Below are positions 11,011 to 26,000 of a stretch of DNA of 64,000 nucleotides, piece by piece. Position numbers and translations under genes: made by a program. Each line of letters opens with the position of its first letter. Position 1 is the first letter of the stretch. Source of the stretch: Chiloscyllium plagiosum (Eukaryota); assembly GCF_004010195.1 (NCBI RefSeq), contig NC_057718.1:10493181-10557180 (forward strand), written 5' to 3'. Under the pieces are notes generated by a model. The model worked only from the letters and a program-made list of their open reading frames with translations. It was not told the DNA's origin and did not search any database.

Positions 11011-14000
11011 CTATAAACAAAAAAAAAGGTAAATAATGGCTACAGTACACGAAGACGGTATATAGAAAACCAAAATTAAAGATCTCCTACAGAGAACAAA
11101 ACTGTAATTATCCTACTACATCACTATCTTCATCTTTAGTCATGAATCCTTTTTAACTTTTAATGCATTTTAATGCTCATTTGAACGAGCGGAGATTGCA
11201 TTGAAATACATAAAACTCTTAGAGGAGGAGGAGGAGGGGCTAGATAGATTACAAGCTTGTGATACCTGTGATTGAAAAGTCTAGAACTAAAAGGCCATAG
11301 TCTCAGCATAGGGGAGCTGCCCTTAGGAGTGGATTAAGAAGTTACTTTAAGGATTGAGAATTTTTAGCAATCTCAACCCAAAGCAGTCAATGTTCAATTT
11401 TTGAGTAGATTCAAGATTCATAGCAATAGAATTTGGGAAACTTAGTAAAAAAGTGGATCTAAAGTCAAAGATCAAGCCTAATTTAATTGAAGGCAGAGTA
11501 TGCTTGAGTGGTCATATCACCCTTCGCTCTTCCTGTCATGTCCTAAGCTCAAAGCAGCTAAAGAGATCAGCAATTAGAATGAAATTTAATCAAAATGTTG
11601 AACATTCTACATAATATGCCACATTCTGTGTAAGGATATTTCTATTGAATTTCTTGCTGGATCTATGATTAGTGAAGCTATATTTATGGCTCCTAGTTTT
11701 GAATACATATCCTACCATCAACCCATGCTATTTAAAAAACAAAGAATGTTTGGCTCTTCATATTGGTTTGGTGCAAGGACAGTCTGCATTTAAATTGTGT
11801 CTCAAGCATAGTAATTTACCCCAGGAACAAGTTAAAACAAAATTTGACTTCAAATGACAAACGGAACATTACAATAAAGTCAAAAGACTTGGTTAAAGCA
11901 GCAGAGTTTAAGGAGCATCTCAAAAGGAGGAAAACAGTGTCACAAAGCTTGTTCCTTTTTTCAAGGTTACTATGACCTTGGTTTTCTTTCAGAAGGATAA
12001 TAAACCACTCTCAGTTCCGATTAGTCTGGTTTGGTACAGAGATTAAAGGGATGGAGAGGCCTTTTTGTTTATATGTAAAGCAGATGAGACTTCAGGCTAA
12101 AGTGGTCATGTTTCAGAAGTGACCTGTATAAACAAAGGGGAGTGGTCAGCTCTCTAGCTGCACTGAGCAGTTTATTTCAGTCCAGAACTGTAAGGGAGTT
12201 CAACAGTGAGCTGTGTGGAAACAAACAGTCTCTTCTGCCCTTCTAACTTCAACTTGTAAGCATCTGACCCTTTATACTGGTTTCTAAGTGGGTTTGCTTA
12301 TTGGGACAGTTGCGTATATTCGGAACAGCATACTTAAGTCTAGTTTGGATAGACTGAGATCTGTAGGGGTTCTTTATTATGTTTTTCATGTTTCATTGTG
12401 TAATTGTGTGAATAATTCTTTTTTGTCTGTTTTAAACCTAGTAGTCAACCTCACTAACTTAATCTGGGTAATTTTCACTGTACACTTACCAAAACAAATT
12501 GCAAAGTTTTAGTCTGGGCTGCCTGCTTAAGAATATTTTGAGTGGTCTGGCCTAGTCCATAATAACACAAGTTGAGAGACAGAGGATCAAGCAGAAAACA
12601 AATTCCTTGGAAAACTGTGGACTCAAAAATATTCAATGCCCTACGTTCTATCCTCAGCTGTTGCCTTCCAGACACCCTTCAAACATAGCAATTCAGAAAC
12701 CATACTTCATGGAATAATTGCTCATTTTGAATTATTTAACTAACCTTAAATCCTATGATCAAATATGTGTTCAGCTTTTCTACAAAAGGAATTAATTAGT
12801 CTCCTGTTGAGAGTCTGGTTCACACGTACACTTCTCTACAAGAAGAGCAATTTTTTTGAATTTCAAGTTCCTTTATTAAATGCATACGTGAAGCTCAACT
12901 TTGCCAGGACTTACTGTTTCCTTGTGACAAATAATAGATCATTTTAAACAGCTCAGGGGAAAAGGATTCTGGGGGTGCAGAGAGTGAGCAAGAGCAAGAG
13001 TGAATGATATTCCCCCTGGCAAGATTTGTTGAATGCCCTTTTCCTTCACAATCATGACAGCTGTACCTACCTCTTCAGATATGGAAGACAGCAACCTCAA
13101 GTCTCCATTCTCATCTGTTTTGTTGATGCGTTCACTGATGAAATCTACTACTTCCTGGCTGCTCATTACATTCCTGAAAAGAAAGACGAATGACTGAAGA
13201 TGCAAGACCCATTTCTAGAATCCCTCCCAAATCAGGTAACCATTGTTTGGAAAGCAAAACACTGTACAATAATTCTGGGTGGCTGAATGTTAAATAGAAG
13301 ATAGATTAAGATAGTCAGTCTTGCTTTCTTTTGAGAAATACTGATTCAAGAGGAGTCATTAGAAAAGTGTTCCAAGTCAACCAGGTTTCCTAAAAGTAAG
13401 GAGAAGAGAATGGGTTTGTTTGACCCTTCTGTTTGTGTAAATCATTTTGAGATTTCAAGAGTATGCTTGCTCTGCTTCAAGGAATGTTGGAAGCCAGCAA
13501 ATGGGAAGACGGGAAGAAAATATAGTACAGCATGCTGAAGCTGTAGAAAAGTCTGACTTGGGTGATTCGCCTCAGCTCCACTTTAGATTTTAAAAATTCA
13601 AACAAAATCCTGTGCAGACCAGTATCTGCTGGTAAATTTGGTAGTGAGAATCACACAACATTTCTTTATTCTAAAGTCAAAATAGCAATCTTGTTTCACA
13701 GTTGAATGTGTTATTTGGTACTCAAATACTAATATCAGCGGCACGGTTAGCACTGCTGCCTCATAGTACCAGGGTCCCAGGATCAATTCCAGTCTCTGGC
13801 AACTGTCTGTATGGAGTTTGCTCATAGTGTTAGGTGCATTAGGCAGAGTGAAATGGGTCTGGGTGGGTTACTCTTCGGAGGGTCAGTGTGGACTTGTTAG
13901 GCCGAAGGGCCTGCTTCCACACAGTAAAGAATCTAATCTCCAATCTAATCTTTCACTTTGACAGCCTGGTGTGTGGTGCACTTCCATATAATGAGCAGCA

Positions 14001-17000
14001 TTCAAAGTAGCTTTGCAAACATTTCCCTTTCTCTCAGTGCCTGGAAATATCTCAACACCAAACTGGGGTTCAAAACTTGGTGAGAAAATATTAATAAATT
14101 AGCAGAAATCTGATCAATTGAACATTGCTATTTTTTAAAAGTGAACTTATTTTTCTAATCAACCTGTTCAGAGATGATGTTATACATTTCTGGAGCAAGT
14201 GGGACTTGAACTCAGGTCTCAGGTCAAGAGGTGGGTACACTACCACTGTATCACAAGAGGGCCCAACGTTGCTGGTTGAAATGATTAGAGCACATTGCTT
14301 TCAGTTGTTCATCCACGAGTTAAAACATTGACTAATTTTACATCAGTAACTCAGTAATGTAGAAACCCCAAATGAAGAAGTCAGATTTGCTCGTCAAGTA
14401 AAACAGGAAAGGTCTGTTTTCACTGACTCAGTAAATACAAACTTTCAAGTAAAAACTTGCTCTGGATCACCTGGTATGTCTTCTTATTCACAGTAAACTA
14501 CATGAAAGACATTTTTTAGGCTGACAAAAAAATTCTCAAAAATTGATAAGACTCTAACATAAGCTCATATGCAACATAATCTTTATAAAGATTGGTCCTC
14601 AGATCCAAGAGGACCAGAAGCTATCAGAATTTAGCTGCACGTGTAGACTCTCATTGATTATTTCTTTAGGTGCATTATTTTGGCTGTGGCATATAGAATT
14701 TAGCAAATGGAAGCTCAGAGTGTTGGTAGCAGGAATGGAGTTTGACAGGATACCAGAATTACTTTTCCTTCTATTTAGCAAAAAAGATGTAGAAGAACTT
14801 GAAAGTCCAACTTAACAGACAGTTGAGATCGAAACTCTCACTTGACGACTGGCACTAATGTTAACATGGTACAGGCAGTCCATGGGTTATGAACTCTGTT
14901 CCCAAGTATATTCGCAAATCGATCTGTATGCATGTCAGTACACAGTGCAGCATTGTATAAAATATCAGTTTGTAAGTACGATCAAACGTTCGCGTGCCGG
15001 ATCCCTAAAATAGTAGCATATCTCATTCACAAGTATGAGCTTTCATAAGTTGGATATTTGTAAGTCACGGACCATCTTTCCTTGCCATATTGTACTGGAG
15101 TGTTGGCCAAGATTTGTGCTTAATTTTAAAGGGTCTAACTTCCACAAATAATTAAGCAAAGCGGAAATCCGATCATGAACAGGGTCAAAGCAAATAATAG
15201 GTTCATTCAATTTTCATTTTGCAGCAGGGCCATTGGACAGCAGCCAAGAATCTTAAAACTTCTGCTCTTTTCCGTATGGAGTTAATTGTGACACAAACCC
15301 AAATCAATTAATTCAGTATGGACTTTGTTGAATCAAAGGAGATTAAGATCAATATGACTCTACCCACTGGTTGATCAGAACTGATTTATGATTAAATCCA
15401 TTTATGTGCTACTAATAGCTATTGCGATTACCCGTTGGATCACAGCCTTGCTCCTAATAACAATTAGTAATGACATCGTTATTATTGCAAGTTTAGAAAA
15501 AGCAAAGTATTGAAATGCAATAAATATTGTTATCCAGCACATACACTACTTAATGGAAGCAATATTGACTTGGACAGTTGAGTGCTGTCAGTAATTAATT
15601 GGAATAACTACCAAAGTAAATTTCAAACAAAAAACATACAGTTGAATAAGAATCACTAAAAAAAAAATCACAGATATTTTCTAATCATCCCATGCAAAGC
15701 TGTTGTCTTACACACTGCTGGAGCATGTAGAACTTGAACAGACTTGCCAAATCACTACCACTGCACCAGAAGATCCAATCTTGTATACTGTTATAGATTT
15801 TTCTAATCAGACCTGTTCAGGCATGTTATTACACAGCTCTGGAGCAAGCAGGACTTGAATGTGGGTCTTCTGGTTCAGATGTACAGATATTACCATCACC
15901 CCACAATAGCTCAAGAAGTGACTATAGATCAAAAGCATTAGCTGCCTTCAGGTGTGATGGCCCTAAGCTAGTCATTGGCCAACTAAATCTCATCGATAGC
16001 CATGACAGTGTTCAAACAACATTGAACTTTGATACAGCCACAGGCTGGAAGCACTTATTCATCAGAGGTGTGGGATGTCTGTGGAGGTTGGTGGAACATT
16101 CCAATATATAATGCATTGAATAATGCTAACTTTATTTATCATGCAGACAGAAGAATTAGGTAAATTTTTGTTTCTGCCAGCAAGGGACGTAGCAATTCAA
16201 TAATCTCGAGGTAGGCATAGCCTCATTGCACATAACAGAATTGTGATCTGTAGTAGTGGCATTATATTTCAATTAAAGGCAAAACACTGTAGATGCTGGA
16301 AATTTTAAACAGAATACTGGAGAAACTCAGGAGGTCTGGCAGCATTTGTGAAGAGAAAGACAATGTACTAGACTTGAAACGTTAACTATTTCTCTTTCCA
16401 CAGATGCTGCCACACCTGTTGAGTTTCTCCAGCATTCTCTGCTTGTATCTTCTTTCAGTTGTTCATTCAAAACTTAAAACAAACAACTATGGAGAGGTGA
16501 AGAGGTCAAGAGAAGCGTATACCAACAACTAAGAGATCTGACTGAAGGCTCTACTGCCAATAAAAATAAATAAATTTGAACAAGGTCATAGAGCTGATAG
16601 TGTAGAATGACCTAGGTGGTCATGGAGGAATTTAGTCCAAGATAAATATTTTAAACTTAAATATGAAGAAAGAGATCTAGTGAAGGCTTGTGAAGACAGA
16701 AGATGAGTTATTGTAAAGACTTGAGTGGCAAAAGTGTGTAAAGGATTACAGGCACTAAGTTTGCACTGGAGTGAAGTTGGGCAATGCCACATCAGTAGAA
16801 GGAAGTAATTTGGTGATGAGAATATGCTGAGTAAATCTCAGCAAAATGCAATTATAAAGCATCTTTACTATAGCAGAATGCCCCAAGACATTCAAAGCTT
16901 TTGAGACAGAAGATATACTAGGAGTGACCAAAAGCTTTGTCAAAGTCTGCTTTAGAGGATTTTACACTTCAGCTCCTCTCATTAGTTCCAACAAATGAGA

Positions 17001-20000
17001 GAACTTCATAAACTCAAATCTAATAATTACTTACCATATACCGTCACATGCAATTACCATGAAATCATGGTCTTCATTTAATGTCAACACTTTGAGGTCA
17101 GGTAGGGCCGAGATCATCTGTTCCTCTGGAGGAAGGTTCTTATTCCTCTTGTAGAAATGATCACCTGTAACAACAGTCACAAAGCAACACTTCAGTAAAC
17201 AACACTTGTTAATTTTGGAGACAGGATTTCAGGCCCAGCATACATTAAAATCACTTGATGTTCCTATTAGGAGGAGACACTTTCTCACAAGCATCAGTGT
17301 CACTAATTACAAACCATCTAACAAGCCTTGAATTAGAAAGATTTTAACATGCTGGAAATACAGGTCTCTAATGCACAAGTTCCAGAAATAAAGATTGACA
17401 GCCAAGAGGCAAATTCTCCATGCTGATTAGAAAAAAATCAGTGTTTCTTTAATGAACAAACTCAAAGCCATGCATCAATTCAGGTGATCACAGAGTCATT
17501 TCAGCACCTAGTTTATTAAATAGGGCACGCAATTTTAAAAATACCATAAGCAAGAGAATAACTTTCAACTCCATTTTAGACTGGCAGCGTTGGGGGGGGG
17601 GCTAATAATGCAAAATAATTAAAAAATGAACAGGAAATTTCAAGTTACATTGAGTTTTGTTGTGCTTTTTAATGTTTGAGATTTTGATAAGGTTCTTCCC
17701 TCTTTTGTGATGCATTTGCCCAGCCCCAATATTTGGGGATCTCAACCACAACTACTCATATGCATGGAAGGTTAGCCATGATTCAACAGACTGAGACAAT
17801 TTTTATCTTTGATGGGATGGCCTGCCTTTCAAGTCAAAGCTTTAAAAGTGGGTTAAAAATTATAATGGTCAACTGCTCAACAGGCAGCAAGTAAAATCCT
17901 TATTTCCAAATCTGTAACCTGGCACAGAAAAATTAATTTCCATTCCAAGGAGATATACAGAAACAAGAAAGAGAAATTTAAGTTTGTACGTTTAACCTAA
18001 GAGGCTTTCAAGATATTATATAGTAAGTCAATGTTTGAGTCAATATAAAGCTTGGAACAACAAATCTGTCAGGAGAAACAAAGTTGATTACCTATTGCTC
18101 GAGAAAGGTTCAACCCTCCATTGACTCTCCCATCCAAAGTAACCTTTCCGCCAGCATTCTTGATTCTGGCCAGTTCTACTTCATCTTCTGGTTTGTGGTC
18201 ATAGGACATGTCAATTGCCTTGCCATTCTCCGAAACCACACACCGGGAGTCTCCAGCATTCGCCACTATCAGTTGCTTCCCACGGATCAGGGCCACAACA
18301 GCCGTTGTGCCGCTGTCAGAGCCAGGCTAGGAATCAAAAGTGATTCAATAAACAAAGTTTTCAACTGCCTTTGCACAGTAAATTAAGTGGCACTTATGTT
18401 CTGGGCAGACCTGTTTTGGTGTATACTTGCCCTTAACGTGTGATCTGATGGAAGATATAGTATTTCAAACAATTAAGTTAGCAGCTTTACATGTGTAAAG
18501 AGTACTTAACAAAGGTCCTTTACTCTCCAACCAAATTAGTTATGTCATGCTACAATGTCACATACTACTGCACTAACATGACAAGGGCATGATGAGAAAA
18601 TAATCTCAAATGAAAATGCACTATGACTCTATGACTGGCCCTGAACTTGATGTTACTTAGGAATGGTCCACTTAAATGAAATACGAAAGAGTTTTCAACA
18701 GTTCTTTGTCTTTTGGCACAACAGCATTTCATGACAGGAAAACATTTCATGTTTGTACAGCGTCATAAGTTAATTAAATAATTTAATACATTTTAATACA
18801 TTTCATATGATTTGCAGTAGTGAGGCCCTCAATGCAAATTACCTCCCTGGTGCTAAAATCATTTGTTTAAACATAGTTCCAAATAAAGCAAAAAAATACT
18901 CATTGGCCAAAGGCACTGAAGACAGCAGTATCAGTAGTACTGTGTCATGCTCAGCAAGGCCAATGACTTCTAAAGCAGCAAGATGTATGACAAGTGACAG
19001 GGAAACAAATGTCCTACTTTGTCACCATACAATACCACAACATAAAACAATTTATTAATACATATTTAAATGCTAGAAAGTCAGCCTACTGAAGTTCAGA
19101 CGTGCACATTAAGCATCTTTAAGACCATGCCTACCTCCTCTTTACCATCCATTCCTGGCAACATAATATCATCTTCTTCTTCTGCTTCATCACTGTCATC
19201 TTGCTCTTCCTCTTCCTCATCCTCCTCCTCCTCATCACTGCTGTATTCGTCCTCTTCACTGCAATCCTGCCATTGAAAATTTTAACAAAGTACAAGATAC
19301 ATGGTAAGTTGAAGCGCGTCCTCAGTTGTAAAGGAATTATTCACCAATAATCCAGCTGTGTATGTTTAAATAAAAATTAAAGATATACATACTAAAAAAG
19401 AAAATACTTTGATATAACTTGAACCTTTAATGATCAGCAGGCATCACAAAACACTTTAACAGCCTACAAAGTAATCTTCAATCGCAAGAATATAGGAAAT
19501 GCGACAGCTAATTTGCACACAGCAAGATTATACAAACAGCAACTTGATACCTTCCAGATAATCAACATTTGTACTTTTGATTGAGGCTATTGATGCACTA
19601 GGACGCTGAGCTAACTACTCTATTCTTCTTCAAATTAGTACTCAGGAATCTTTTTAAAGCCCACTGAGAGCAGATTGGGCTCGGGGGTTTGGTTTAATAG
19701 TCAAGTCATCCCTTGGTAGTGCACTGGAGTTTTGGCATGGATTTCTATGCTCAATTGCAAGAGAGGAGCTTGAAACTGATTTATTTGGTTCAGTTGAATT
19801 CAAAACGTGTGACAGGTTAAACTGTATTTATGAATTCATGCTGTTATTCTAACAGCAACAAACGTTTGTTTGTAACATTACTAAAAAAGGAAAAAAAGCT
19901 CTCAATGTCCATAAGACAAAGGAGCATAAATTAGGCCATATAGTCCATCAAGTCTGCTCTGCCCTTCAAATATGGCTGACAAATTTCTCAACCTAATTCC

Positions 20001-23000
20001 CCTGCTTTCTCCCCGTAAGTAGTCAGTAGTCAGACATCATTGTAGTATACACATTTTCAATTATTTCAGAAAGATTTGAGGTTTGCAACTACTAAGCAAT
20101 ATAAATATAAACAACAGCAATAACAATATCCAGTTGAGAGGAGGGTGTGGGTGCGTTGGTGGTGTACTCAAAAACCTACAATATTCTTACAGGATTACAC
20201 ATAGTAAATGCAAGAACAATGTTCCCAATAACATGGGAGTCCACAACCAGGAGTCACATACCAAGATTATGGAGTAGGCCATTGATTCCAAAACACTGAA
20301 AACTTTCAAAAAGGAGAGTTAGATGTAGCGCTTAGGGCTAAAGGATACAAGGAGTATAGGAAGAAAGCTGGGACAAGATGATCAGCCATGATCATACTGA
20401 ATGGCAGAGCAGTCTCAAAAGGGCCAAATGGCCCACTCTTATTTCTTATATTTTTAAGTCTTAATAAACAGCATATATGGTGTTCCACAGGGATCGGTTC
20501 TGGGTCCTGTATGGTTTGTCATTTATGTAAATGATCTGGATGAGAACATGGAAGACATGGTTAATAAGTTTGCAGATGACACCAAAATTGGTGGCATAGT
20601 AGACAGTGAAGAAGGTTTTCTAAGATGACAAAGGGATCATGATCAATTGGATCAATGGGTTGAAAAATGGCCGATGGGAGTTCAATCTGGATAAATGAGG
20701 TCCTGTGTTTTGGTACAACAAACAAGAGTTGGGCTTAGGGAAAAGTGAGGACTGCAGATGCTGAGAGTGTGGTGCTGGAAAAACACAGCAGGTCAGGCAG
20801 CATCCGAGGAACAGGAGAATCGACGTTTTGGGCATAAGCCCTTCATCAGGAATAGTTGGGCTTATACAATTAATGGTAGAGCCTTGGGTTGTATTGTAGA
20901 AAACACAGCAGGTCAGGCAGCATCCGAGGAACAGGAGAATCGACGTTTTGGGCATAAGCCCTTCATCAGGGAATAGTTGGGCTTATACAATTAATGGTAG
21001 AGCCTTGGGTTGTATTGTAGAACAGAGGGATCTAGGAGTACAGATAGATAAGTCCTTGAAGTTAAAAAGGCATTTGGTATGCTTGCTTTCATTGCTTAGT
21101 CCTTCGATTATAGAAGATGGGAAGTCATGTTGAGCCTGTACAGGACATTGGTGAAGCCTCTTCTGGAATACTATGTCCAATTCTGATTGCCCAGTTATAG
21201 GAAGGATATTAAGCTGGAGAGGGTTCAGATGTTGCCAGGTATGGAAGGTTAGAGTTATAAAGAAAGGCTGGGACGTGTTTTACTGGAGCGTAGGAAGTTG
21301 AGAGGCGACTTAATAGAAGTTTATAAAGCAATGCGGGTTATAGTTAATGGTAGTTTTTTTCCCCTAGGATGGGAAATTACAAGACTGGGGGCACACTAAG
21401 GTGAGAGAAGGGAGAGATTTAAAACAGAAATGAGGGGCAAATTTGTTTTACACAGAGGGTAGTTCACATGTGGAATGAACTTTCTGATGTGAGCATAATT
21501 ACAATTTTTAAAAGACATTTGGATAAAAACATGAACAGGAAAGGTTTGGAGGGACATGGACCAGGAGCAGGCAGGTGGGACTAGTTTAGTTTGGGATTAT
21601 GTTTGGCATGGACTAGTTGGACTGAAGTGTCTGTTTCCATGTTGTGTGAACATGTCGTAAATTCTTTCTAATCTCAATTTCCTGCTTATAATTTATCTTA
21701 CCTAATAAGTAACTACAATCTCTTTAAAAAGCGACATAGAGACTGATTCAATAGTTATAACATAGGAGCAGAATAAGGCCATTTGGCCCATCAAGTCTGC
21801 TTCTCAACCCCATTCTCCTGCTTTTCCTCCAACCACCTGTGACCCTTAATTCCCTTACCAATCAACAACTTATCTGTCGTAAATACACTCAATGACTGTC
21901 CTCCACAGACTTCTGCAGTAATGAGTTCCACAGACTACCCACTCCAGCTGTAGGAATTCCCCTTCACCTCAGTTCCGAAGGGTCACTCCTTCACTCAGAA
22001 CCTGTGTCCTCAAATCGTAGTCTCTCCTATTAGCGAAAATATTTTCTCTATGTACACTTTATCCAGGCTTCTCGGTTTCAATCAGGTCCACCCCCATCCT
22101 TCTAAAGTCCATCAGCTACAGACCCAAGAATTCTAAACCGTTCAGGTGACAAACCCTTCATCCTCTGGATCATTCTTGTAAACCCCCTCTAGATCCCCTC
22201 AAATGGCAGCACATTCTTCCTTTCATATGGGACCCAAAACAGATCAGTATTTCAAATTCAACTGGTTATGGTTAACAATTCCACAAACCTAAGAACATTA
22301 AAGCTGTATACTACTAACCAATATCATTAAATGAATTACTTACCTTACCATAATTCAAAACATTTACCAAGTCACCTTTAGTCACACCTTAAATGAAGAA
22401 AGAACTAGCTTCTCAAGTCACTCCGCATAAATTTCACAACCTTAATAACATCCTGACTGGTTTGTACTGTATATACTCAAGTAATAATCAAATTTTAAAA
22501 GACTACTTTTTGAAGTTAATTTATGGGGTCAACTATTACATGGATACTACTTTTGAGGAGCTGAAATTCATACCATATCATTAGCAGAAGTCCAGTTAAT
22601 CTCTAAACAAAGAAAAAAATGCAAATTACAGTAATTACCGGATAAAGACAATAGAAACAAAATGTATTACCAGTTGTAAGCTTTTATCTATACATACAAA
22701 TGAAGTAGAAATATAGTACAGCTTTAAATCACAATCACTGGTACAGGTTACATCTTCAATTAAAGATGTCAAATACAGGTGGTACTAAAATACTGCAAAA
22801 ATCACACTGTTCAATATCTTCACCACTGAATAAAAATTTCATAACTATCAGGATGAATGATATCTTCGTATGGATCCTTTTCATCATCTGTAGTTAGTGG
22901 TAGAACATCATCTGTTTCTTCTTCTTCATGTCATCCCGTAGATGATCTTCCTCTGTCCCACCCAATCCATTTGAAATTCCACATTTCTTGATTGATTTGG

Positions 23001-26000
23001 AAATAGCGCCAGCTTTCATTTCCTTCCATAAATCAACAATCCATTCTCAGATCAGTGGCAACGATGGAGCCCGCATACTGCCTCCTTTCGCATATATTTT
23101 TTCCAGTTACTTCGTTCTCATGGCCTTAAATGACATATTGATACCAACATCTATTGGTTGCAATACACTTGTAAGTTCACTGAGGATGTCAGTATTATGT
23201 GATTGGACGTTAACAACAACATTCTTCACTAAATGGGACTAAACTGGTCCCAGACGACTAAACTCTTTTCCTTATGTAGTCCAACAGGGTCATAAATTCC
23301 AAACTTCCTTCATCCATCTGGATGCATATGGATGACAAATTCTTTTGGAAATTTCCCCTTTGGTAAAGTTTCACTCTTAAAAACAGGCATCGGTTTTAAC
23401 TTAGTGCCATCAGCCATATAAAGAACTAAAAGTAAACTTACTTTTCTCATGGCCAGTGTTCTCAACAATACGATTTTTTTCTCCTTTTTGGTTCACAGTC
23501 CCCGACATGTCCAGGGTCAGAGGAGTTTCATCTAGATTTCCAATGTGCAATAACTTGCAGCCTTTCTTCTGCCGATTTCGTATTACAAACTAACACCTTG
23601 TCTTTTACGATTTGGAGGTGTCAGTGTTGGATGGGGGTGGATAAAGTTAAAGTGTGATTTTTAATCTTAACTTTTTAGTTCAGCTTTTATGCAATCTTAG
23701 TTCTCTGAAGTGCTAGGTTATGTCTTCTCATGATCCTTGTGCACCATCCAGTACTTGTCTTAAAATTAGAAATGCCACCTTCTTTGATTTTTTCGTGCAT
23801 GGATTTGGATGGCTTCATGACTAACACATCTTCCATTTTGATGATTTTCAAGTACCTACTTAGCAATGTTTTTCTCCAATCGTGGCCACTTGCTTGGTTT
23901 ACTTCTGTTGGCACACTTTCATTTCAGCATTGTCTGAAGTTGGTTCGCTATCTTTCTCCAGTCACTCAAGTTTCTCTGAAACACAATTCTCTTGCTGCTA
24001 CAGCTGTTTTCTCTGCAACTTCAATAACTTTCAGTTTAAACGCTGCTGTATTTTTTTTTGTTTTCTCCACAGGGCATTTTTACAAAAAAAAAAGAAATTT
24101 CAGAACTTCAACGAGTTATCCATGATGTGGAGGAGCTGATGTTGGAGTGGGATGGACATAGTTAAAAATCACAAGACCAGGTTATAGTCCAAAAGGTTTA
24201 TTTGGAAGGACTAGCTTTCGGAATGCTGCTCCTTCATCAGGGAGTTGTGGTGAATAAGACACAACTCTTATAGCAAAAGATTACAGTGTCATAGAGTCAT
24301 AGAGATGTCCAACCTGTCCATGCCGACCAGATATCCCAACCCAATCTAGTCCCACCTGCCAGCACCCGGCCCATATCCTTCCAAACCCCTCCTTTCATAT
24401 ACCCATACAAATGCCTCTTAAATGTTGCAATTGTACCTGCCTCCACCACATTCTCTGGCAGCTCATTCCATACCCGTACCACCCTCTACGTGAAAAAGTT
24501 GCCCCTTAGGTCTCTTTTATATCTTGCCCCTCTCACCCTAAACCTATGCCCTCTAGTTCTGGACTCCCCAACCCCAGGGAAAAGATTGTCTATTTATCCT
24601 ATCCAAGCCCCTCATAATTTTGTAAACCTCTATAAAGGTCACCCCTCAACCTCCGACACTCTAGAGATACAGCCCCAGCCTATAGCTCAAATCCTCCAAC
24701 CCTGGCAACATCCTTGTAAATCTTTCTGAACCTTTTCAAGTTTCACAACATCTTTCTGATAGGAAGGAGACCAGAATTGCAAGCAATATTCCAACAGTGG
24801 CCTAACCAATGTCCTGTATAGCCGCAACATGACCTCCCAACTCCTGTACTCAATATTCTGACTAATAAAGGAAAGCATACCAAACGCCGCCTTCACTGTC
24901 CTAGCTACCTGCGACTCCACTTTCAAGGAGCTATGAACCTGCACTCCAAGGTCTCTTTGTTCAGCCACACTCCCTAGGACCTTACCATTAAGTGCATAAG
25001 TCCTGCTAAGATTTGCTTTCCCAAAATGCAGCACCTCGCATTTATCTGAATTAAACTCCATCTGCCACTTCTCAGCCCAATTGGCCCATCTGGACCAGAT
25101 CCTGTTGTAATCTGAGGTAACCCTCTTCGCTGTCCACTGCACCGCTAATTTTGGTGTCATCTGAAAACTTACTAACTGAATGATATATTGAAGAAACCTG
25201 GATTGTTGTTAAGTCTTTCAACTTTTAGAATGCTTCGGTTCATTAATATGTAAATCCCAGAATTTCACTTAAGTTACCTTCGAGATAACAAAGTTTTACA
25301 ACAAAAGGTGACATTACACACATTTCCTTCTGAACAACAGCTGGTGCCAAAGAAGCAACTGTCTGGGGTATGACACAATGCACATCCTTATTGGATAGCT
25401 CAATAACTCAGACAGGTTTCCTTCAGTTCACAAACCATAGCATTCCTCATAGCTTTAGTGTGATGATCTCTGCACTCAACTTCAAAAGGCATGCAGTTTC
25501 TTTAGAACAAATGGATGGTTGCAATGAATTGTATTTTCAACCAAATGGGCAAATAAAATATCAAATTAAGCAAAGGTATCAGTCAACTGTACACCAATTT
25601 GTTCATATATAAGAAAGCATTGAACGCAGGACTCAAGACCATTTGGTCCTTCAATAAAGATCACGGTTGCTCAAGCTGTGGCCTGAATTTTCCATTTTCC
25701 TGTCTGCCTCTCCATAACCCTTCATCAAAGGCATCCAATAATCATTCAAGATAAGCAAGAGGAATAGGCTATTTGGCCACTGAACCTGCTCCTCATTTAG
25801 TAACACCACAGCTGATCTGATTGTAGCTTTCACATCACTGCCTTGCTTGTTCCCATAAATGTCAATTCCCTTGCCAAACAAAAATCTGCGCAACTCAACC
25901 TTTACTATATTGAAATAACCGCATTCTGTGGAATAGAATTCTAAAGACTAATAACCCACCGAGAGAACTTTTTTCATATCTTCTTCTCAAAAAGAGACCC

